A stretch of DNA of 64,000 nt from Pocillopora damicornis (taxonomy: Eukaryota). A program made the translations under genes and the position numbers. Positions within the stretch are counted from its first letter, which is position 1; every line of letters begins with the position of its first letter. Positions 36,498 to 48,995 of this stretch are shown here, piece after piece. The notes below the pieces were generated by a model. It was not told the origin of the DNA. It did no database searches and worked only from the letters and a program-made list of their open reading frames with translations. The stretch spans positions 1-64,000 of the forward strand of contig NW_020845603.1 of assembly GCF_003704095.1 (NCBI RefSeq), given 5' to 3'.

Positions 36498-37385
36498 TCA
36501 CCATAACATGCAGAGTTCCTCCATTGTTTGGCGAAGTAAATTATCTCGAATTATATCGACAGCTTTTTTCAACGATGGATCAATCTCGACACACAGTGCA
36601 ACTCGCCGAGCGCTTTGCTTACTTGCCAGGAATTCAACAGCCTCTTTACTCAGCTCTAGTCTTTCCAATTCATGCACAACCTCACACGATGTAACTTCAA
36701 CATCTTCGTTAGAAACGCTCGGCAATGTCTCCTCGTGATTATAATGATCCCCCTGTTTTTCAGGAACTGCACCAAACGTTTCCATAGTAGGCCGTTCGAT
36801 TCGACTCTCGAACGTTCCTTGTGTGTCGTTACCATGGTCTTGTCTTGTAGCGTTATTTCTCGCTGTAATCCGTTGGTTTTCGGCGAGTCTAGTTTTCGAT
36901 GAAGGAGACAGTCCGCTGTCTGAGCGTTTTCTCTGTAATGAACTTCTCCTCGGACCGTTTATTTTGTCTTGGTCGGATTTTAAGATACTCCGAGAAGTAT
37001 GCCACACATTTGTCTGTCCAATAGGAGGAAGAACTTTGTAAGAATTCGGATAATTGGTCGGTGCTTTCTCTACGTGTTTTACTGTAAGGCGAGGACTCTT
37101 CGTTTTCTGTGGTCGTGGTACTGTTCCATTCGTGGTTTTCGAATTCTGAGCCTTGAGAATTTTTGGGAAAGATGTATTCCCGTTTGTGTTTGATGTCGTA
37201 GAAATCGTTGACGAATTTCCTATGCTTCGACCAACGAGAAGTTCATTTTTTATAATTGGCGGTAATTTTACCGCTCGGCTGTTTAGATCAAATTGCGGGA
37301 AACTTCTCGGATAAGACTGGAATTCGGCTTCCTGTTTCGCCGGCCTTGAGGCACGAATTTGCCGCCCTGAGTATAAATGCGCCAT
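36498..37385 (-). CDS. Uncharacterised intronless protein B (295 aa), paralog of protein A
   Basis: ORF from ATG 37385. VKLPPI, PNSYKVLPPI and EFLASKQSARRVALCVEIDPSL...LRQTMEELCMLW align without gaps to the protein A C-terminus. Confidence 0.8.
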   Translation of the reverse strand: MAHLYSGRQIRASRPAKQEAEFQSYPRSFPQFDLNSRAVKLPPIIKNELLVGRSIGNSSTISTTSNTNGNTSFPKILKAQNSKTTNGTVPRPQKTKSPRLTVKHVEKAPTNYPNSYKVLPPIGQTNVWHTSRSILKSDQDKINGPRRSSLQRKRSDSGLSPSSKTRLAENQRITARNNATRQDHGNDTQGTFESRIERPTMETFGAVPEKQGDHYNHEETLPSVSNEDVEVTSCEVVHELERLELSKEAVEFLASKQSARRVALCVEIDPSLKKAVDIIRDNLLRQTMEELCMLW

Positions 37386-37810
37386 CACTTGATGTTAATG
37401 TAATGTAAATACACTATGCTGACATAACGTTCCCTGATACGCGATCCCAGTCAGCGATCAAACTTCAACGCATCGAACATCAATTTCGTATCTGCCGGAA
37501 TTAACAGCAAGCTACGCAGGTGCTTCGCTGGAAAACTGTATCCTCAGTGCTTTCCGAATTTTAATTGCAAAATACTTGATTCATCTGAAAGAATCAAAGA
37601 TGTCTTTGGCGGAAAAGAAGTGTATCGTCAAGGTAGTGCATATATATATCGGAATCAATACTTTGATGAAGAGGTTTCAAGGATCTTAATGAAAGAAAAT
37701 TTGACATATATGTGGTGAACTGTTCAGTTGACATATATTTAATTTCAGAGCCAGGAAAAAAAAATACCAAAAAATTACAGGTGTTTTCTATCATCCAGCT
37801 CCGGCCTAAC

Positions 37811-37824
37811 GTTGGCATGGTAAC
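37811..37824. promoter_or_regulatory. RFX X-box-like site ~430 bp upstream of gene B
   Basis: GTTGGCATGGTAAC, close to the palindromic RFX consensus GTTGCCATGGCAAC. Confidence 0.45.
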
Positions 37825-39570
37825 GTCGTGTCTATTGGAGAGGTTAAGTGGCAACTCGCTCTTCCTCGGGAGCAATTGTAGAAAGCAGGAACACTTTACC
37901 TTAATGAGTGAAATACATTACCGTAAGCAAATTTAAAAAACGCATTAGCTCAGACATTCGCGTTTGGGTTAAAAATGGTGGTGAAGATGGGAAAAAAAGA
38001 ACACGCTATATTCCTACAGAAAGTTTCCACGAAGCCACTGAAATTACTTTTTTAACTGAAATAACGTTTTTTACTCGGGATGATCTTGATTTAAACTCGG
38101 AAAAAACCGTCGCAAACATAAAGACAATTTGCGCTATGGAAATTGCAACCATATTCTGAGAGGAAGTCATTAAATGGGCAATTTGTAGCTCGGTGTTAAA
38201 CTGGAGTATAGCATCAAAGCCTTGTATTCATTTTCTACTGTTTTATCGATGTTGGTGTTAATTTAGAGAATTTATTAATTCATGTTCAACTTTACTGATG
38301 TTTTAAAGCCGGGATGTGCATGAAATTCAGAGCGTACTTATTCTTAACCCAGTTTAAAATAAATCCTCATAAGTATGCACTTTTGCATGTTTTTCTATTG
38401 CTCAAGCAACTAATTCCGCTCTTTCCCTTTCCTTTTAATTCTCACTTTGCAAAAACAAAAAACAAAAAAAGGAAGAGGGCATTTGTTGATAATTACGTTG
38501 CGATTCAAAACCCATTTGATAGTGAATTTTTTTTTCCCCAAAAGCTTAATGTTGACATGTCAATGGAGATGAGGCCCATTTCCAACCCTTTCGCTCGTCG
38601 TATTGACTCAATAAATAAATAAATTTCGACATTTAGCACGAAAGTGGCTCGACGTTTGAATCCGACATCGCGCCAAAATTGGGTAACCCGACAAGCAGAG
38701 TCGCGCCATCCGAGTCCAACGCGAAGTCTGAATCAAACTCGTGCTTCTGTCGTGCTACAGCCGAACCTACTGCAATTAAGTTCGGCACGGCAGAAGTACG
38801 AGTGACCAGTATATTTCATCTCTTAAGGTCTCTTACTGCTGTGACCGAATTTCCATTTAAGTTTGTTCCATTCTTTATTAACTATTCTGTATGACTAAAA
38901 ATTTAATAAATAAAATAAATAAAACAAACTGAATTATTTTTACATACAGATATGTAAAAATCACGTATACACTTTCCTTACCTATTCCGAGCCACACAGT
39001 AAAATTTTATCAACATAGGTTTTTTTTGGGAAATTTACCGAAGCTCATTTAATGTTACAGTTCTCTAATGAAGTTACAGAGTCTCCAATGAAAATTCAGG
39101 GCAAAGACCGCCAAAAAAACCCTCCCCTTAACATTGTGCGCACAGGTTTTCGAGACATTTTAAAACACCCAGCTATATAACATAGACACGTAAATCTCTG
39201 ATTTAACACCAGTTACACTCGATCAACCTAATTTGACCTAGAGCCTAGTTGGTTTAAAAGTTAATTCTAATATCTACACCATACATTGTATGCGGAATTA
39301 TTGGAAATATTTAACAGTAAGATGACAAAATTGTTTATTAAACCATTACACGAAAGAAAAACTATATTTACAACGAACGTCAGTTTTGACTCAAATTATT
39401 TATATAATTGACTCATTTACTTGCTACTTATACAGTTTATGAACAGTGTTGATCAACATGAAAAAACTCTCCAGGAATGGTATGTTCTTTCGTATCAGGT
39501 CAAATATTACAAATTCAACACCAACACGAGTCCACAAAGCGAACATAAAAGACCTTATTGACATTCTCCT

Positions 39571-42500
39571 CTACGCGTGACCTCCTCCATATCTATAAAG
39601 AAGAAATGAAAATGTTTTATGCTGATACGTGGAGAAAATAAATTGTTTATTGAAATTACTGTAGAACTCCACCAAAGAGCTTTACGATTGAGAGTCGTGC
39701 GACCTAAACTAAAGAAATTAAAACAGTCAATGAGATCTCGAAATAAAAACAAGCGAACCCCCTGAAGCGCGGAAATACTCGTTACGTCGAGTCACAAACG
39801 TTTGAGAAGGCGGCGCGAGTTTCCTAGACCATGCCTTATGATTGGTTCAAAGAAAAACTCGCGCTACGTTCTCAACCAATCAGAGCTAAAACTAAACGCG
39901 CCTTGGTGCGTTTTCCCGCGTTTAAGGCAATTTTTACTTCGAGTTCTCATTGACTTATCGCGATATTTTCCTTTATTTTGATTGGCCGTTCTGATAACTC
40001 GATTGAAATACCCTCTATTAAATTTTTGTCCCCTGAACAAAAGGCCAATCATTCGCATATTTTGCAAGCCTGTTTATGACGGAAATAAAACTCACTTTAC
40101 ACTCCAGTTCGTTCGATTGTGCACTCCGCCGTAGCGGGCGGGCTGGGTTCGATTGGTTGTCGTAGCCCCGGGAGGCTGGTAAATAGATGTGCCACTTCCT
40201 TGCTTGGTCAGCGGTGGTGGCTTCCACGTAGAAGCACTGAAAACTGAAAAGAAACGAATGAGAATAAAAATATGAGTTAAAAGAAACATAAGTAAAAAAC
40301 TCGATCAATAAGTATTAATATACATGAATACGCCCCTATTGGAGATTTTCCGGGAGATTATATCCTGTGTAAAGCCACCACCTCCCCTCAAAGAAAAAGT
40401 CACAGACCTCCCAATCTGAGGGCGGGATCGGCTGCATAAAGGTTGAGAAAATTACTAACCTCCTACACCTCCAGCTCTGGTTTGTCCACCCCCGGCAAAG
40501 GATGGAACATATGTAGTACCTCCTACGGCATTCCCCGTCATTCCGTAGGAAGGTTTCCTTGGATACGTGGATGCCGCCGGATTATGAAGCACCCGGGGCT
40601 GATTGGTTGTTGTTTGACCAGGAAAATATCTGGCTTGTTTCATGTAGTGCTGTTTTGCACTGGGAGGGGTCTTCTTAGCGACACCCGAATCCCTCCGGAC
40701 ACTGACAAATGAGAAATTTGAGAGAGAAAAGTTAGAATTTTTCTAAAACCTTTCGATACCTCGTCTATAATTTTTTTTTCTAATTGTTGCAAAATTTAAG
40801 TCTGTTAATTTTCTTATGTTTCCTTTAAGATTTGGTGCGCGTCTGGCCAAAATCGACCCATTTGCGCATGCCCAACGTTTGACCGCTGTGTTGTTCAAAG
40901 AGGGAAAAAGAAGAAACGGAAGGCCAAGTTTAACGCGGGCTTAATTACACTATTATTGCGCAAATGTTTCCAGAGGCTTAACTCCGCAGGCTAGCACTGA
41001 AGCGCGAACTTTCTCACGTAGGCAAAGAGGCGTTCAATTAAATTACAAATTTCGACAAACATATGAAGAACTGACCTGGAAAAGGAGTCAAGGGGGTCTG
41101 TCTTTTGAACAGCTACCTACAAGAGCAAAGTAAAAAGACATTGACATTATTACTGGGATACCTGTGGTAGCCCAGTCATAAAACGCCTTTGTTTTTTAGT
41201 CGTCTTTTTTTTTTTTTCCTCCGCCACAAAATGGAAAAATTGCGTAATAGTACCCAGTAGTCATTGGGCCCTTAACACCATGACAACTAACTGTTATCTT
41301 GATGATGATTGACGTTGTCATGCACGGACAGGACCGGGTCACACGACGAAACACGAGATTTTTGTCTATAAAACTCTTATGTCAGCCATTTTTAATTTGT
41401 TCTGGGATCGTTGTTTTGGTGATGGAGGTGCAACGTTTTTAGTTTACGATTACCTGGAGCTTTATGGTGCAAACGCTCAAAATACTTACAGACGCACGCA
41501 CAAGTCGTATTGTTCGAGGCCAATCCACACTAAAAAATGTTATTGTGCGGTATTTTTGGAACGGATTGAGTCGCGAACGCTTGAAAGTCAGGAAAGCCTT
41601 GTACAACTTTAAAGCCATGAAAGCCTTGTATGCTTTGTATGCTAAGTATGCCAATGTCTTAGTAGAATAACATACACTTGTTGAAAAAAGCAAAATCTTA
41701 AATCTGAAACCAAACTGCATATACTCTATGCAATCTATTGAACAACTTTACTACCGTGAGACTGAAGAACAAAACTCTATTGGATGCAAATTACTTGTGA
41801 AGAAAGACGCCAATTTGGATTCACTTGATGCTAAGCAACGTAGCTACGATAACAGTACGAATGGTATTAATTTCACGATCTGAAAGGTGAATCTTATGTT
41901 TGTTTTCATTGTAGTTGTATGGATATTCTTTTTTAATAAACACATGATCCAAAATCCTGTGTTTTTTGTGTACAAAAACGTAAGAGAGCACAATGGTTTA
42001 TTTTGCTAAATTTTGCACAAAAACAAAAAAGAGCAGAATTGTATAAGTCATTGAATCCTGAAGAAAAAGAAAAACTTTTGTGTGGTAGAGCAGAATGGTA
42101 TAAAACACTGGATCCTGCAGACAAAGATAAGATCATATCACAAATCCAAGCCAATAAGGAAGTCCATAGAAACTCAGTTCAATGTGATTTAGTACATTAG
42201 TTCAACACCCGTAGTATCACTACACTTGATCCCAACAATCCAGTACCATCCAGGTATCCCAGTTATCCTGCTCACAGGGTCTAGTCATAACTCGATTTCA
42301 TACGTTTAGTACCGCCTAAAATTGACTAAATCGAAAAGAATTCTCCCTAAATACATATGATGTATGTATACTAAGTTAATTTCATGACAGATGTTCCAAT
42401 TTGGGTCATCATTAGCCTCATCACAGCCAACCTCTTCCCTGGACTGGTGCTCAGATGCAATACAATATTTTTTAATCTCTCCTCACAAAAAATTTCAAAG

Positions 42501-45500
42501 TTAGCTAACCCAATCAATTCCAGACCTGCTGCAGAGTAAAAAAACAATGGTCCATTTCACAGTTGCATGCTTGGTTGCCAAGCCTTTGAACAGGAGTGAG
42601 GCTAAGGGTGACCTTGTTCTGATAAAAACGTTTCTGCTTTCCAAATGTAAATTACTTTGTTATCATACTGACTAGATACTAGTCTCTATCACAACAAGGT
42701 CACCTTCAGCCTCACTACAAGTCAAAGGTTTGGCGACTGAATACACAACTGTAAAATGAGCTATTCATTTTGCCAAGCTTACATATATTGACGACAAAAC
42801 CCTGTTCTGACCTTAAAAACTGGGCTTACACCTTTCAATTTCACAGTCGCACATGCAGACTATAAACCCTTAACCCCTTAACTCCCAGAGGTGATTAACC
42901 TGTAACTTCTTCTTTTAACATCCATACTCTACCCAGCAAACAGGTGATGAGAAAACCCAAACTTATCAGGCAGAAGTTGTTATCTTGATCTGACACCACA
43001 TTCTCTAAACTGATTTACTAAGAAATGTGTAGCAGCTAGAGGGGAGAATTAACAATCAGATCTTTGGAGTTATAGGACTGAGATATAATAATTTTTACCA
43101 ACCTTCTTCGTGGCAGATCCATGACTTGTGTCAATCTCACTGAGCAGTGATTCAAACTCATCAACACTATCTTTCACCCCAGTCCCTTCTCCCCATCTCT
43201 TCCGAGCACTCCCATAGCCACTGGCATGGCCTTGAACATTGACAGCAGCCCTTTTGTTCTCATTACCACTTCCAAAATTAAATGAATCCTTTCTTTCCAC
43301 TTGTGGTGCCTGTCTTTGTTGTTGCGCTTGTGGTTGTGGTTGTGGTTGGGGTGGCTGTCTTTGCTGAAGAGGTTGTGTTGGTTGGGAGGGCTTAGGTAAG
43401 TTCTGGCCAACTTGAAAGTAGGGGTATCTAAGAGCCTGTGCACATGTAGGTCGCTTCTTGGGATCCCACATCATCATGTCCCTCATAAGTTGAATGGCTT
43501 CAGGGCTTGCATTTGGTATCAAGTCTTTTAATGCTGTTGGCATCTAAGTTAACAAAATTTTGTGGATGTTTGGCATCAATAGCCTCTTTCAGAAAAGGCT
43601 GCTGATAGTCTAAAAGATGGCTGTGCCATAAGGCAGGATCCAGACACAAGATCCTGCTAGCAGGCTTAACCCTACTTAAGAGTCCATTTAACCCTTTCAT
43701 TTCCAAGATCTCTTAGTAATTCTTCTTACAGTCTGCCATACATTGCTTATAATTTTAGTTTGGAGAATTTGGTATTGAATCAAATGATAATCCACTATTT
43801 GATATTTTTCTACCTTCTCATCACTTGTCTATGTGAGATTGTATTAGTATTGTAAGGAGAAATTCTGTCTTGGTCATGACTGGGAATGAAAGGGTTAACA
43901 GACAGCAGTGAGGGGTCTTAAAGGCGATAGTAGACTGCTAGTAACCATTGTTCATTGACACCCTTTTTATTTTAGGAAACAATCTCATATGGTGTTACCC
44001 ACCAATAATTTCTCTACCACACAATCAGAAGGTATGAACTTCAATTCTTATGGGGACCCATAAAAAACTTTTTGTCACATGTGCATGGGAGATGATGCAC
44101 ATTTTTCCTTATGTTAAAAAATTTTTAACGTGGCCTGTAACATTCTCCATACAAGTTAAGAAAGTTCCTTATACAACTAAACAGATACCATACCAAATCA
44201 CTGGAGTTTCTATTTATGCCAAAAAAAACTAACCACTTGCATAAACTTGAAATTCATAGCCGCTGCCAGCTTGTGACCTTCTGGCCAGTCTTCCTGACAA
44301 AGAAAATATAAGAAAATATAAGAAAAATTATTATCATAAGAACTGAAACAATTACTAGCCAAAGTAAACTTTAAATTATTGTTTTAGATGCATATCCATC
44401 ACCAGGAAGATGCTCCAAGCGGTGTTCTCCTTTTCAGGCAGTAACCGGTAACATTTACAGCCTGTAGTACCTCTTAATACCGTGTAAAACTGAATGGAAT
44501 TCATGAAAATTTGACTAGTAAAAGGATTGCTTTACTGGTTTGAAAATTTATTTTACCTGTCATGCTTAAAATAAGGGAGAAAACTGTCCAAGAGGCTTAA
44601 AATATAACTATGTAGACTACATAGCATAAAAAATCATGACATTTTTTATCTGGCAAGGAGGCATTTCTGACAGGCCTGTTGAAATTTCAACAGCATGCTT
44701 TTTAGATCTTCAATATTCTGCAAATAATTTACATATTTTTTTTGGCAAGGAGGCATTTCTGACATGCTTGTTGAAATTTCACAGCATGCTCTCTAGATCT
44801 TAAATATCCTGTAGTTAATTTATATTTCACAATGCCAAACACCTCACATACACAAGGCAATAAAATGACAGTATGATGACTCTTTTTATCAACAATGATT
44901 ATAATTTTTCTTACAATGAAGTCATTGTAAATATAAAAAGTTATTTAGTAGACAAGCTTAAGTATAATCAATGCAAGAAATTGCCTGCCTCTTAAATATT
45001 CCTGCTCTAGCAGGATGCATGTGGCCATTTTATGCATCACTAACAACAAATTTTGGGAATAACAAATAATTCTGTAAGCTACAAGTATATTTGTTTAAAT
45101 TTGCCTTCTGTTTGCCTAGTAGTGGCACAATTATTGTTGGGCCAACAGTGTCAAGCTGTCAACAGTATCTAATGTACAAGTGTGTGAAAACTAACCTTTG
45201 ATGGTGTGCCAAGAACTTTGCATATCTTGAAAATCTCATCAACTTCACTACTGCCAGGAAAAAGAGGCCGGAGAGTGTAAAGCTCTGCCATGATACACCC
45301 CACAGCCCACATATCAATTGGTGAACTGTAATTTGTTGAGCGTAGCAACACCTCAGGTGCGCGATACCTGTCAGATAAAAAATAGAACTTAGGTGCTTAC
45401 AACATATTAGAAAATTGAAGATGGATAATTACATTATTGACTGAATGGGAGGGCCAGATGGGAAAATATTTGGCTCAAGGTCATAACGTACCAGCCGAAC

Positions 45501-48465
45501 ACATTGAAGTCCATGTGTCTTGACAGAGAGCCAATTCTTTCCTGTTTGGACTAACCCAATTCAAGGCTGATTAGCCTTTACTGCCCCAGTTTACACCACT
45601 GCATGCACCCTCATATATGGATTTTTATCCAGTGATATTTGTCTGAATAATAACCTTTCCTAACAAAGATCTCAGAATACTACCCAAAGTGAAAAAGAAA
45701 TTTGAGTCTTCAACGATATCATTATCAACTTAATAGTATTAGAAAAATTTTGCTGTTTGTAGCTATTGTAACTCTTACCATCTTGTAGAGACATAATCTG
45801 TGTAAGGAGGACGCGATCTGATTTCTCTTGCTAGGCCAAAATCAGCAATCTTCACAAGCTCTGGTCCAGTACACAGCAAGTTTTCAGGTTTCATGTCTCG
45901 ATGAAAGAACCCTGTGTGATTCGAAGCAATACATAGATTATTTAATAAAATACAGCTCATACATTTTTTTAGCTTTTGTTTGTTATATCTTTAAATAGCA
46001 AATTTGATTTAATGTTAAATGGAGTAAATAATTACATTTCTCACTTTCTCTTGATTGAAATAATAGACTTGATTTAAACAAATTTTCCACATCTCTTCAC
46101 CCTTTAACTCCTAAAGTCTGACTGTTAATTCTCACCTCTAGCTGCAACACATTTCCTGATAAATTAGTTATGAGAATTTGGTCCTCAAAGAAAATAAAAA
46201 CTCCTCCCTGATAAATTTGATTATTCTCATTGTCTGTTTGCTGGATAATGTATAGATATTAAAGGGGGAACTTACATTTTAATCATTTGTGGGAGTTAAA
46301 GGGTTAAAAGAGACATTTAACCCTTTAACTCCCAAGATCTAATTAGTAATTCTCCTTACTGTCTGCCATATAATTCTTATGTGAATTTTGGAGAATTTAG
46401 TATTGGATCATGAACTACCAATCCCCTAATTGATATTTTTCTTTATTCTCTTCAGTTGTCTGCTTGATATTGTATTAATATTGCAAGGAGAAATTCCATT
46501 TTAGGCACTCATGGGAGGTAAAGGGTTAAGGTTCATACTTACTCTGAACACCAAAGATTTTGGTTAAGTTTCCCTAACCCTTGAAATTCAAATGAGTTGT
46601 TATGTTCAGTCTGAACCTAGAGAGTGCTCAGACAAAACTTTGATATATAACATCACTTATGCATTGTACATCTCCAAGTGATGTAAAATTTGCATCAGAC
46701 AGAAAAAGCATCTCAGCTCTCAACCATTAATAGCCCCATCTTACCATGTTTGTGTATGAAGGCAAGGCCTTGAAGAACTTGATAAATGATATTCCTAATC
46801 ATAGATTCTGGAATCAATTTATCCCTGAAAAAAAAAATGTAATGACAATTGAAACAACAAACCTTTAAAATGTAGTAAATATCACAATGAGTAGGTCTCC
46901 ATTTAACCCCTTCACTTCCAAGATCTCTTAAGTAATTCTCCATACTGTCTGCCATACAATGCTTATAATTTAAGCTCTTAAGAATTTAGTATCAGATCAA
47001 ACAAAAATCTCATAATTGATATTTTTCTATATTCTCATTATTTGTCTGCTGATTTTATATGGATATTATAGGGAGAAAGTATGTCTTGATCACTGCTTAG
47101 AGGGGAGAGTTAATGTCAATTTTCACATTATAGTTATATTTTTACCTGCTTTTCATCATCTGATATAGATTCTCTTTCATGTACTCAAAAACAAAATATA
47201 ACTGGTCATTTTCTCTTATAACTTCCTTCAGCTTCACCACATTTGCATGGTTTAATTTCTTTAGTGACTAGAAAAAAAAAAAGTATAACAATGATTACCA
47301 TTCACTAAAAATGTCCACATAATTTGGCACATTAATGTTTTCACTAGGCATATTGAATTTATTAGCAATGTCTAACTAGCAATAACAGTCTCCAGTTTGA
47401 AATCAGTGTCTCAGTATTGCATTTGCTTACAATGAAGTATTAAAAACAGCAAGATATATATTAAAATTACTAGTAAAAACTATGTTTATTTCTACAGCTC
47501 AGATCAAACATTTAATTTCACCGCATAAAATCCAAAAACTTCATGTCACCACAAGAATAGTAGTTTTTAAGACAATGACAAATTCCTTCCTTCTTCAACC
47601 TAACTTTGCATAAAGCACATGGACCTTGCCACCCTTGCTTTTCCTTTTTAACAAGAATTAAAAGTCAGTCAACCAGATCAAGGTTGTTTCCTTGGCTGAA
47701 CAATTGAAGACAAAATTTCTGCACAGCCTCATACTTCATTATGCTTACAGTTCTTGGATAAAGAAAACAATGATGCGGAAAATAGATTATCTTTGTTTTA
47801 GAACAACATGGGGTTATACAGAAATCTTTTCCGATTGATTTTAAGGGGAACTGGGTAACAATGAATTGTGTAGGCTACACACACCTATATGCAAATGCTA
47901 TTTATCAGACAATCTTTAGGTGCAAATGATAATCTCTTAATTATGACAGATTATCCCTTGCGCTGGGCTGTGCATTCTAAAGGCTAGAGAATTTTTATTT
48001 CACAGTTCACCAACGAGTAAATACAATATACCTGATACGTCTAATAATAAATATCACACCTAGAAAAATATGGTTAAACCTCCTCAGTTTATCACGGAAC
48101 AAAGTGACTCCTTTTGAAACTGAGACGTCCATATCTTTCCAAATTAAATCCAGAAGGCCTAATAAAGTGATAAACCTACCTTAACTTCGCGGAGATTTAT
48201 ACATTCTTCCCATGAATAATACTTCTTTTTCATTCTGAAAAATTAAAACAACAATTGGTTTTACGGAAGCCAATTAACAAAGTGCTAAAGTGTTAAAAAT
48301 TTCAATAATCCTCCATCGCGTAAGTATGAATTGAAGGCCACGCACGGATGAAATCTGAGCTTACATTTTAATTGCAACTGTCTCTCCTGTGTCATGATTT
48401 CTTGCTAACACAACTGATCCATAAGTTCCATCCCCGAGCGTCTTTAAGTTCTGGTAGCGTTTCAT
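39571..48465 (-). CDS. MAK: MAK/ICK (CILK1) family ciliary Ser/Thr kinase, ~538 aa; exons 48465-48365, 48234-48180, 47267-47146, 46824-46745, 45911-45779, 45367-45196, 44293-44234, 43543-43103, 41116-41076, 40701-40460, 40243-40096, 39592-39571
   Basis: [61 protein letters not shown] (TDY loop), tail motifs [15 protein letters not shown] and RTNWSVKYGG. The 12 exons sum to 1617 nt in frame with GT-AG junctions. Probably co-ortholog of vertebrate MAK and CILK1. Confidence 0.93.
41150..42285 (+). mobile_element. Putative non-autonomous Helitron/Helentron-like insertion in a MAK intron
   Basis: Subterminal inverted repeat actgggatacctg (41152) / caggtatcccagt (42251), then a small hairpin cctg-ctca-cagg and a CTAG end (42281-42284); broken ORFs inside. 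Confidence 0.5.
42547..42765. mobile_element. Long-hairpin MITE
   Basis: Imperfect inverted arms of ~80 bp (..gagtgaggctaagggtgaccttgttctgata / tatcacaacaaggtcaccttcagcctcact..). Confidence 0.75.
42870..43072. mobile_element. TTAA-MITE copy (second subfamily, also at ~18290-18482 and ~60627-60830)
   Basis: ttaacccttaactccc start; shared gtgattaa..gtaacttct...ccagcaaacaggt...gagaattaacaatcagatc sequence. Confidence 0.75.
43688..43898. mobile_element. TTAA-MITE copy
   Basis: ttaaccctttcatt(t)cc...ggaatgaaagggttaa TIRs. Confidence 0.85.
44645..44810. repeat. Diverged ~92-bp tandem duplication
   Basis: tggcaaggaggcatttctgaca...gttgaaatttca..cagcatgct...tagatctt occurs twice. Confidence 0.75.
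46096..46529. mobile_element. Two adjacent TTAA-MITE copies (~46096-46287, 46317-46529)
   Basis: ccctttaactcc...gggag(t/g)taaagggttaa termini on both. Confidence 0.85.
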
Positions 48466-48982
48466 CTTTGCCAAAATTTACGCTCTTTTCAAAACACAAA
48501 TAAGAACAATATCTCGTCGAAAATAGCTCTCAATACTGCAAAGCGGCTTGTTCATATGTTTTCTTCTCTTTTTCCGCATATGCACGGCCTCGAATTCGCC
48601 ATCCAAGCGAGCCAAAACTGTTATCTCGCTGCTATGTCCACAATCCAACAGAAAATTCAAGATCGGGGTTCCTTCTTGAAGAAATCTAAGTAAACACAGC
48701 TACTCGCATTCTGTGCTCTTCCCTGTTCGCTTCTTAGGCAACACAGATTGTAAACAGATCAAACACTGCATTTAAAGAATCATTTACGAGACATTCACTC
48801 TCCAGATTTTGCCACCGAAAAATGCTTCGATCACTCAACAAGATACAGACGTTCACGGGAAATAAATGACTTCAATGATAAAAGCAGGCGACTTCGGTTA
48901 GAATTATCAATGCTCGTGTTCTTTACAAATTTCATGTAGCTTATGCAAAATGCCGCTTCCCATGAAGCAAAGCAGTCGATCT

Positions 48983-48995
48983 GTTTCCTGGCAAC
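48983..48995. promoter_or_regulatory. RFX X-box-like site upstream of MAK (second candidate at 49207-49219)
   Basis: GTTTCCTGGCAAC and GTCTCTAGGTAAC lie 0.5-0.75 kb upstream of the ATG; forkhead-type TGTAAACA near 48749 and 49068. Confidence 0.45.
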
